64,000 nt of DNA, taken from contig MNCI01001142.1 of assembly GCA_015680685.1 (NCBI GenBank), forward strand, positions 7,588-71,587. The letters run 5' to 3'. This stretch comes from Gnetum montanum. Its lineage: Eukaryota > Plantae > Gnetophyta. How positions within the stretch are numbered: the stretch's first letter is position 1; each line of letters opens with the position of its first letter. The position numbers and the translations under genes were made by a program. The notes under the pieces are model-generated. The model did no database searches. It was not told where the DNA came from and saw only the letters and a program-made list of their open reading frames with translations. Shown here one piece after another: positions 38,700 through 49,701 of the stretch.

Positions 38700-39510
38700 T
38701 ACACAGGTATTGGATACCATAATGATCTTCCTGTTAACTCATTTCATAATAAGCATTATATTAAGATTGATCCAATATAACTAACATGTTTGCCTAAATT
38801 AGTTACATCAAATAAATCAAATGAACATGTCGGTTTGAAGAGTTCACTTCTAGGTTGATTGATTTCTGTAGTTTGAATGTGTTAAAAGAAATACTTCAAA
38901 GATGAAATGAAGGCAAAATTTATGATTAAATGTTTCTGCCAAAATATTGTAATGAAGGTTTTGTTTCTATAAAATGCAATGCCATCATTGGAAAAGATTT
39001 ATCATATTTAAGACTAAAACAAGAGATAGAGGACATAATATTCAGATACAATTTCAGAAAGTTATAAATAATTTCAGAATTTCATTCACTATATTATTTT
39101 TATATGCATCATTATTATTTGAGTTGTATAGAAGATCTAAAGAGGAATATGGGAACTTAAGGTTAAGATAAAGTATCTTGATGTTAATTCAACAAAGAGA
39201 TGTAAGATTTAGCAAGTACCAAAAAAATATTTTTTCCTATAAATATCAAGATTGAAAGAAGTGTGTATCATTGGGTGCTTATTATTGTTGATATGTTGGC
39301 AAGCTTGATACTTATCATAGATCCTCTTCACAATTAATATTATTTACAAGTGCATTAAGGAAGAACATAATGTTCAAAATAGAGAGGATCAATTTCACCG
39401 AGAACTATGGAGACAATTATTTCAAAGAAATATACCAAGATAGAAAAATGGATATCTTTGTGATATTTATGTTTAGCTTTATGTAATACAAATAATAACA
39501 AAAAGATAAA
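38700..39510 (+). pseudogene. Ulp1-like (peptidase C48) SUMO-protease domain pseudogene, probably transposon-borne
   Basis: Plus-strand translation KKIFFPINIKIERSVYHWVLIIVDMLASLILIIDPL (His at 39269), then RNIPR*KNGYLCDIYV. This matches the C48 pattern HW..D..PxQxNGxDCG. Confidence 0.8.
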
Positions 39511-42500
39511 TATCATTTAGGACATCAAATGTACCAATGTATAAAAGGAGAATCTTGTGTGATATATTAAATATTTCTAACTCGCATACAAGATTGTTAT
39601 AGTATTAAATAACTATAAGAAATCCTAAATTACAAATTTCAATTATATTATGTTGTTTATGCTAGTAAGAATTTATTAGTTAATTTAGCTTTTTATAATA
39701 TTTAATTCTTTACAACTTTAATTATGCTACGTACTATAATTTTTCATAACTATGAAATTTTGATGTTTTCTGGAAAATTTCAATGTACATCTAAAACATG
39801 TTCATGTACATAAATCAATTTAGTTACTTCTTATGTTAAATGGATATTAAGATTTTTTTATTGTACTTATTGTGAATAATTGCATATATAGTTGAGAAAT
39901 TAGAATGAAGAATAGTCATATTGGACTTAAACAATGTGCTTATAAAAGATATTCATTTTTCAAATGTACAAGAATTAAGAAGTGTACTAGAACCTTTGAT
40001 GTCATGTTGGGAAAAAGTACTACTTTATTTGACCATGTGTTCATGAGTTCCTTATTTGATTGACAAAAGAAGGAATCAAATATTCATTTTGATCATTAGC
40101 TCACTTTCCCAATATTGAAAGAATAACAAGGTTTCTTGTTAAAGATCTAGATACCAAACCAAAATTTACTTGGTGTCAAACATAATGTAGAAGGCATTAT
40201 TGCAAATGCACTATGCTTCCAATTTTTCAAAAATCTTTATAATACTTTTTTCAAATTTATGGAAGTCCATATGCATGAGGGGATGTCATCATAGTTGATG
40301 ATACAGATGATAAAACTCTATAAGAAAACAAGTGTAACTTTATATAGGCAAAAAAATGATCTTAATAATTTAGGTGATAACTATCTTCTTAGCAAGTGGT
40401 TACCATCATTGTAACTCCTATTAGTGATCAATTCACTATTGAGAAACTATTAAGTTCCAATAATTAACTTGTAAATATAATTTCATATATGTATTTTCAA
40501 ATATAAAAAGTGTGTTTCATTCTAGGAAAGCTATAAGTAACTTTTATTGTAATTCTCATTTTTGATTAGTTGACAAATGCAAAACTTTTCATATCTACTT
40601 ACAAGCTTGATAGTTATTAATATTCAATTTCATTAAAATGAGTTTAATGGTCAAACAAATTAGAATAATCTTTAAACAAAGAAAGATGTATATCAACATA
40701 ACATAATTCTCAATTCAATTAGAATCTTTATTTAATGTAATTGACATTTCTTTCTAATAATCTTGGATACTGATTTAGATTATCCTTACATACTTATCAA
40801 ATAGTAACATTCAAAAAGAATTTAATTAAGCCAAGCTTTGTTCATATCTTGATAATCATATTGAATAACTTTATATATATATTTAATATTATATCTTTAA
40901 TGATTTATATTATTTTCTAAATTAATAAGTTTTTTAAGACAACTTGTTCATGGACACAACATAATCCTTGATTCAATAAAAACATAATAGATTGTTCATG
41001 AGGCTAGGGTACTTGGTAATTGAAAGATAATAAAAGATTCAACAATTAGTTGAATGATTTTGTAAACCTATTTGAGATAGAAAAATAAATCAGGTTCATT
41101 CCATCATAATAGAAAATTCCAACCATAAGAATATAAAACACTAATTTTTACAACAATATAGTAAGGTTAGTTCTATAATGAATTTAATATAGTTAGGAGA
41201 TTGGAATGAAAATATTCCAAATATAACAAAAACCTTCCCATTCCTACTTTAACACGTCTGTCTCTAAGTTATGCTTGATAAAGAATGGCAATGGCCTGAC
41301 AATTAGAGCTAAAGCTCCTCCACAAGCCTATATATCCTTGTGATGCAATACACAAGGAATTAGGGCTATGTAGTTCTTTAGTGTGATAGTTAAAATAGCA
41401 TGGAATCCATTAAAGTCTCCACACTCCTTCTAGTTGTCCTTCTAGAAGGGAAGCAACTTTTAGACCATCAACAAGGCATACTTTCTACATCCCACCCCTA
41501 GCAAAAGTTTAAAAAATATATGACTAGAATAGTGTGCATTAGGCTATTTGTCGAGAGCAATATTAATGAATAATACAAAGCAAAAAAAAATTATAATATT
41601 ATAGCAAAATGTCTATAGGAACTTTTCTTGTTAAATCTACTATTAGTTGGTCACTTTGTCAAGTACATATTTAGTTTTCATGATACAAATGTAATATATG
41701 TCCAATAGATACCGATCTTCAAGACATAATAAAGCCTCAATTTTAGTTTCATGTTTTCTCTATTTTCTTGGTCTTTCCTTAAATTTAATGTTTCGTTTCC
41801 TTACCTTTTTAAGGTTTTCCTAAATTGTCCTTAAGTTTCATCTTTTATATTTTGTTTATATAGTTTTTTATTTGATTTTCTTGTTTCAACTTTTTTTTTT
41901 TTTTGTTTTCTTCATTTTCTATTTTATTTGGTTTTCTCCACATTTCCTGTTTTATTCCCACTTTTTCTTGATTCCTTAAATTTTGTGAATTTTCTTACTT
42001 GCCATCTTTTTTATTTTCAAAAGTTTCTGTTTCATTTTGTTGGTTTTCTATTTCATCTAGTTTGCTTCACATTTTCTTGATTTCCTTGCACTTTTCGTTT
42101 TTGCATTTTCTTAGTTTTTCCTTCAGTTCCATTTTTTTCATTTTGTATATACATTTTCTTAGTTTTTGATTTGGTTTTCTACTCCGTTTGGTCTGCCTTG
42201 TTTTGGTTTTTGATTTCGTTTTGATTTTGCTTCAGTGATTTAACAGTTTTGGTTTTCTCACTTCCATTATTTCTAATTTAATTTTTGTTTTCTTATTCAC
42301 TCCCCTTTTCGTGCTTTTGATGCTGGCTACGTTCTTTTAGTTTTTTAATTCGTTTTCTGGTTTTCTATTTTGTTTCGTGTGCCTTTTTTGTTTTTGATTT
42401 CGTTTCCTCATGCAATTTTAGTTTTTTTCTCGGTCCCATCATTTCTGAGTTTACGCAACCATGGTACTGGCAGGATAACCTCAGCAAAAGGAATTGTAAG

Positions 42501-45500
42501 GGCTTTAGACCTCTACAACAATATCAATCCATATATATATATATACACACACATATACGGAATCCAAAATTTCCCGTGAATCAACTGACTGTAATCTTCT
42601 TGCATTCTACGGCCAATGTGTTTTGCCAATTTTACCCATGTTATTTACTCTTTACATTCTATTAAAGCATTTTCATGAGAAAGATTACCATGCTACACCG
42701 TTTTGCCAGTCACATTAGCAATACCAATTTTGGGCAGCAAACAACAGTTTGAGCTGGATCCTTCAATTTTTATGTCTAATAGTAATACAGGTACTACTAC
42801 ATTAAACTGAGTTTAAACCTTCAAACACTGCGCATATCAATGTGGGTACAAGAAAGCAGGCTAAAAGAATGGAGAAAAAACTGAAATGAACAGTGCAGTA
42901 CATAATCAGAAGAGAATAAATAGCACATTGGGCAAGTGAATGTACCAAAGAAAATGCATAGAAAAAGCATCAGTAAAACTAAAAGTAAGAACTGAGCAGC
43001 CTGCAGGTTCAGGATCGACAGATCTGATGAACTATACATGGCCGCATTCCCAGTACTGCTCTGGTACTGGTAGTGGTACTGCTTCTGGCCTTCATTTCTA
43101 TATTCATTCATTCTGCATTTCCACCATTTTCTTCTTTCTCACTGTTAAATAATAAACCTATTGTTATCATAATAAACGCTTCCCTATGTCGAACAGCACG
43201 TGATTTCTGAATTCTTTTTTCTTGGAAATGGAATTCTCTCGTTAGGTAGAGATAAGCGATGTCATGTCATGCCTTTATAATACAATATAATGTCAGCAGT
43301 TTTGTTTTTAAAAAAGGATAGATCCATTAAAGCAGAATGTTGTAAGGTTACAGTTTTAACTTTTTTTTTACCATGTTTTGGCATCCTTGATCATATCAAA
43401 GCTTGTACGCGGTTCACGAGGAGATGTTTTGTATTAGTGCATCAGCGGTTGGTCAGATTTTCATTTTGCCATTTCTTTTTAAAAGTTATGTTATTTTAAT
43501 ATCGGATTATGTTAACGGTTTGGCCAGTAAGGTTGTTGAATTTGAAGAATATGTTTTTAGACCATGCATATATAGGAGAGAACAGAGATTTTTTTACTTG
43601 AACATTTAAATGCTTTAAAATTTAAATTGTTCTACTTGAAACGAATATATTTTGCTTATTTATACTTAGTATAAATTCTTTCTCAGTGATGCCTTTGGTA
43701 CTTTAAAAGTCTTCATGAACAATTTTCTATCTTTCTGTTTTCTTCTTTTTTATTATTATTTAACATACTTAAGCAGCATTCTGCAATTATCATTGATTAT
43801 CTACTTGCTGTATGAGTAGGGTCACAGTTTGTGAAAAGATCTGCAATAAATTGCAAAGAAACATTGAATCATTGAACCCCAGGATATTTAATCCAAAATA
43901 TATAGTGCTATATTTTTATTCATTTTTTAAGTTTAATATATTGTAAATTGCTAATTTTGATGCAAGCTAAAAACTAAATTTCTATACTTGATTTTCCACG
44001 CTAACTAAGCTCTAAAATGAAAAAAATTGGAAAATGATAATACCAACATGAACGGATATAACTGCTCTGTAACCATTTTAAATGGATTCACCCATTTGGA
44101 ATGTTCCAATTTCCCGATTTTAACTAGATTCACCCATTTGGAATGTTTCAATTTCTCCCATCTAATTTATAAAAAGGATTGCACATTTACTAATTCAATA
44201 CGATTTTAAAATCTATGTATAAGGTAGAGACGTGCTACCAGCAAGTTTCCTTTGTTTCTAAAGTCAACAGTGTTTTTTCAGTATATATTTAATTTTATGC
44301 CAACATAAATGAATGAAAAACTTGCTTTTATAGAATTGCGTGTTTAACGGTTAAAATTTTTGTTTGCGACACATTTCAATGTTCCCACACTAACTTGTTT
44401 GATCCGTATTTGCTAATATATGCAACAATTGTATAACTGTCAAACCTAAAAGCACTGAAATTGTTGTGGTTTACAGAAACTGTACCGGCACATTAAAGTA
44501 AAAGCTAATGAAGGGTACCCTAACTTAATGCCATTAATCTATTTTTGTTAAATTCTCAAGTCATCTAGAAATTTATGGCAGTACAGCATGGTCCACAAAA
44601 ACAATAATTGATGGAGGTCAGAGTTTTGTAATCGAAATCCATCATCCAAGCATAATGCTTCAATTTGCATACATAGATTTAAAGTGAAAATTTCTTTTTA
44701 CAGGTCTGCCATTGTTAAGAGATTCTGATGCTTCCAAATTTGTCATTATATCAACTTGCATTTAGGGTCACATCTGCTTTTTTGTCATGATATGGTTATT
44801 CTAAAAACCCAAGTGTGTTGCGTGCTCAAAAAAAAAAACTAAAACCTCCACAACTTCTCAGTTCAAAAATTCAATTCTATTCCAAACTCTGAGAAAATAA
44901 AAGCTTTCGAATTTAAAAGAAAAAAACTCAAGTCAATTCTAAGTTGCAGAAAAACAGCAACAGAAAACAGCTGTGCCGATGTGATTCAAATTAAAGGCGA
45001 TCGACGCATCAGTCAAAGTGGGAACGCAGGTACGTACGTATTAAGAGATCAGTAGTAGTAGGCCCACTCTTCTTCTTTTGGGAATCATCATCGCCATTAA
45101 CAAAATAAAACCCATGAGTGACGATCGAACTCTGCAACGCAAATAGAAATATCCTTTGTCCATTACGGTGCCTCAATGCTCAGATTCTTCCAAAACAGCA
45201 AAAAAAATATCTGCACGATTCTGTTCGTTCCTCCACATTGAAAAGGAAGAATAACGGAACATTTCCTTCTTTAATTTTTTTTTTCTTCTTCTTCTTTCCT
45301 TCCTGATTCAATGCCAATTGCAGTGGTACCGCATTCCCATTCTTTTAACTTCTTCTTCTATCGCTGCTGCTCTGTTTCTGCGGCTGTGGAATAATATCTG
45401 CGAAAGTGACCCTACACAGATATCTGTATCAGCAGCAGCAGCGCCTCTTCGCGATTTAAATATTACAGCAGGGTTGAGCTGTAGATCCATGGCGGCATTA

Positions 45501-48500
45501 TTCTTTCCTGTCTTGATTTGCGCGAACTGGTGCTAGTTTTAGGTCATTATCTCAGAGACTCTTAGCACTAGCCAAACTCCTCGTTGTTATTAATAATACG
45601 GTAATCAAAACAAGAAATAATTATTGCGAGCAATTGCCTCTTTTTTCCCTGCGCGATTTCTGCCCAATTTCCAGCAGATTAAGTAAAAACCAGCGGCAGA
45701 TGCAGTTACGATATTTGGTTACGTTACGTTCCTGAGAGTACGTGTATTTTTGTGTTTGGATTGATTGCAAATCGTCCGGAGAAAGAGATGAAAAGGAGTG
45801 GAAGATCTGTATTTTTCTGCAATAGAACTAGAGTAGAGTAGAGTGAAGTGGAGTGAGGTGGGGCTGTGGAGATTTTCTGCACATGCCTTCAGTGCTTTGA
45901 ATCTTTTAATCGTACTCGTGCTGTGACTGCTACTCACGGTCACGTCACTGGTTCTTTTCAAACAATCGAGTTGGACAGTTGGTTTCAATTTGTTTCTCTA
46001 CCAGCTTCTGACTAACCAATTTTTTTCGTGGATTCCTCCATTGATTTTTCGTGCGTTAAGTCCTACTCCTTTTGTTTCATTGTCAAGGCTGCTTCGTTAA
46101 TTGCCATGGTTGCAACTTGCAATGGGTATGGAGGAGGCACAGACCAAGAAGAAGAGTTGAATTGGTGAAGGATCTCCACATAATAGAAATCTCACAGCTC
46201 ACCAGGGAAGATTGCTTCAATATTTGCTTTGTTTGGTCCTGCTTGTCTTTTCTGAGCTTGTCAAGATGTGCCATCATTGAATTGTTGTGTATGCCAGTGA
46301 AATCCCCTTTACAACGTGGTTAATGGCAGTGTCCACCTCTCAATGAAGGATACACTATCAACTAGGATAAATATATACATTAATTCTGTTAAATACCATA
46401 ATAATATTATAGTAACTTAGGTGCTTACCAAGGTATCATTATACAACTTATATTTATGTTATATAAATGGAAATGAAAGTGGTGTCTATGAAATTAAAAT
46501 TACTTTAAATTTTTTAGGCACATGCACTAGTTTAATTTTAACTATTTTTTTTCATAATACTTGTATATTTTAGCAATTATTTATGGAGATCAATGATGTG
46601 ACTTGTAATATGCAAGTTGTAGAACTTAATCAATGAGTCATATCCTTTATCATATCATGATTCATATCCAACTTAAATTTATAGTTGGCGTATGATATGT
46701 TAAGGATTCAACATTGAATATAGATACTCTTCTTGATAATTTCAAGGAGGTGTTTGGAAGACAACTTCATGATGAGGAATGATTATTGTATATTGTATCA
46801 TCATATGATGCCTACAATAAGGGGGTGTGAAATCTGAAACATTTTGTAACAATATTTATCCCCAAGATATATAGTCAAATTATAAATTTATAACTCAGCA
46901 TTGCCCACCAAAGGCAAACCCATGACTTAGAGATTTGAAATCAAGAGTCTTAAAACTAGGCTAACATCTCATTGTTATAAGACCATTATGGTAAATTGAC
47001 ATCGCTTTTATGGTGAGAGCCATTGCATAATGTTTGAACTTCACACATGAACCATTGCATTGTAGGAAAATCATTGTAATAGTTTAAATTTCAAGTAGTA
47101 TGTTGATATAGCATTATTATGTTATGTTTAAGTTTTATGAAAGTATCATGTTAGTATATGTCACGGGCTACATATAGTTAAATAATTTCAAGCTCCAACA
47201 CTACCCTCCCTAGTGGTTCTTTTAGGTTGCATGTTGCATTACTAGTAAAATAGTCTTATGGGGTGTGAGAACTTGAAAAAATGACTATAACTGTACTTCA
47301 AGACATGTATCCAACATGATAATTTAAAGGAATTATACAAAAAATATAATGATGTCTCAAGTGAGACTTGAATCGACAACCTCTTTCCTAGAAAGACAAT
47401 AAACTAATTACTTGGACCACCTATTTCTAGTAGTCAAATAAGTTTATGGTTCATTTAGATTGCATATTTTGGTAGTATAGTTTACTATGAAAATTTTTAT
47501 GTGAAAATCTAAAATTTTAGTTATTAATATGAAAAAATAGAACAATATAGAAGTAAGGCTACAAGCATGTCAACTTGTTTTACAAATATTACAATTAAAC
47601 TATCACGGAAATTGTAAATCAAACCCATGAACAAACATACATCTTCCATGTAAGCTTGAAGGAAAAAAATGAAACAAAAATTGAGATTGAAATTTGAGTA
47701 TTTCCATGAGCCCTCTACATCTATTACTTAAATCACACAACTTTGGCACAATTAACAACATAGTGTTAACCATGATCATGGTAAACTTATGCAAGTTTGG
47801 CACAATTAAGGAAGTGTTAGGAGAATGACTATAAGTACACCCTAGAACATACAATAGAATATAACAATACCTCAAATATGGGGGGTGTTGGAACTCAAAA
47901 TAACTGAAACATAGGTACACCCCAAGATTTATAGAAGTTTATAACTCAATGCTACATAGTAGACTTGAATTTGTAACCTAGGGTTACTAGGCTAAGACTT
48001 GTATCACAAGGCTAACAGCATATTCTTACAATGACTCAAGTATGACTCAAATGCTTATTGGGCGAACAAATCCCCATGGGATTGAGGTTAAAGAGGGAGG
48101 TCAAAAGTTCTCAAAAAGGATGGAGAAAGAAACGACTTTGGAAACAAAACTAGCTCATGTCCCCATGGGCGCTCAAGGGCCGATGGCAGGAGTAGTCACC
48201 AACTTTGGTTAAATAAAATATCTAGGGGCCACGTGAGCCGTACGTACAGGGTAGCGTTTGGTAAGAGCAATGGTCATTGGATGACAAGGGCACGGAAGCC
48301 ACGGAGTTATGTTTCATGCAGCCAACTTAACTCTAACGAATCCAAAACCAACCTTCATTATATGATTATACGAGGCCAAAGACAAAAAATCAGAGAGAGA
48401 GAGAGAGAAAAAAAAAAAAAACCATTGACGCGCCAGACACATAGGGAAACAAAAACGAAATGACACACACCCGCCCAGAATCTGCGCTTAGCCTTTTTTA

Positions 48501-48614
48501 TTTGTACCACTTTAGTTAAGAATCGCAATATCCATGGTTGATTTGCATTGTTATTGTTGTTGTTATTATATGTCGCTTTTTTTCATTCCATGCACTTGCA
48601 GGGGAGTGGTGGTC

Positions 48615-48628
48615 TATATATATATATG
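48615..48628 (+). promoter_or_regulatory. TATA box of the putative pri-MIR169 transcript
   Basis: ctatatatatatatgg followed by a pyrimidine-rich patch (ccacctctccctccc). Upstream are a (GA)n tract at about 48393, a CACGTG G-box at 48230 and CCGTAC at 48238. Confidence 0.65.
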
Positions 48629-49020
48629 GATTGCGTAGCTACCACCTCTCCCTCCCTGTTAGCACCAAAGGCTTCGATTTTGCTTTTATCGCCAGTGGTT
48701 TTTGGAGTTTGACCCTAATTTTTTGTTTCCAGGCTTGGCTTAGCTTGGGTTCTTCATCGTTTTTTGTTTTCTGTTTTGATTCTGCAGCTTTGTGCAATGC
48801 TGCAATCCGTTTTTCTCTTATGTGCCTGCCTTTTTATCAGCTCATTCACTTGTGTCTGCAAAGTGCGTTAAGCTTAGATCAGAAGAGGCTTTTTGTTTTG
48901 TTTTCGTTTCGTTGCGTTCGAAATCGTTCTAGGGTTTTAGCGATGAGTGGAATGAGATTTTCCGTTGTTCTGTGGTCCGAATTGTTGCGAAATTGCGTGA
49001 GAAGCGAGAGTGCCATCCAG

Positions 49021-49701
49021 GTATGTTGATGGTTGAGTGTTTTTGTTTTTCGTTTGAGGACTTGCATGTAAGGATCGAACGTGAGAGTCAGCCAAGGATG
49101 ACTTGCCGGACGCGAGGAAAATTTGCAGACGTTTAGTTGATGTGACGATGCTTGGGACTGGAAAGGCTGAAAGCGCTTTCTGGTCTGAGCTTCGAAATTA
49201 TAGATGTAAAAAAGAAATAACAAGTTCTTCCTCCGTTTTTAGTTTCTTCGCACGCTGGCAAGTTGTCCTTGGCTATCATTTCATGCTCGGTTCGTCATGC
49301 CAGGCCTTCGATGAAGATGAGAAGCATCAAGCACGGGCTTAGATTCCACGGCAACTAACTGCAACTTGATTTTTTCTCGTATCAAAACTTATAAGCTTCT
49401 GGAGCTTTCCTTGTCTCCTACCGGATATGCGTGTTCCAGCTTTACTTGATATTTTACTGGATATGCTTGTTTCAGCTGCCGTTTGACTTTATATGTAATA
49501 AAGCTGTTTTTTTATTCTTGATTTTCGAGTCTATATTCACTTTTTATGCTTCCGTTTACAATCTGGCGCTGCAAAAGCCGTACTAGCCCAACAATAGAAG
49601 ATTTTGATCATTCGCAAATTGAAATCGTCTTGCGCGTTCGAAACAAAAACTTAAAACTAGAATATTTCATGCCTGTTTCGGTCTTTCTTGTTTATTTGCA
49701 G
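49021..49701 (+). other. Predicted GT-AG intron (681 nt) containing the MIR169 hairpin
   Basis: Donor CAG|GTATGT at 49021. Acceptor gtctttcttgtttatttGCAG|G at 49701. Confidence 0.6.
49073..49293 (+). ncRNA. MIR169: MIR169 precursor hairpin; mature miR169-5p 49089-49109, star about 49257-49277
   Basis: CAGCCAAGGATGACTTGCCGG is the conserved miR169b/c-type sequence. The complementary arm is GGCAAGTTGTCCTTGGCTATC. The lower stem tcgaacgtgaga pairs with tttcatgctcgg. Confidence 0.96.

Noticed and set aside
46198-46220. Partial miR408-complementary sequence (ccagggaaga)
   Set aside because: Only 10 nt match and there is no hairpin partner.
46236-46260. TAS3-like 3' miR390 site (cttgtcttttctgagctt)
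   Set aside because: It needs a gap of about 4 nt in the centre, and there is no tasiARF sequence nearby.
48645-48676. miR477-like sequence (ctctccctc..aaaggcttc)
   Set aside because: The two halves are separated by an insertion of about 13 nt and there is no star arm.
48538-49029. 163-aa ORF as a protein gene
   Set aside because: It has a non-ATG start upstream of the TATA box, runs through the TA microsatellite, and has a low-complexity F/L/C composition.
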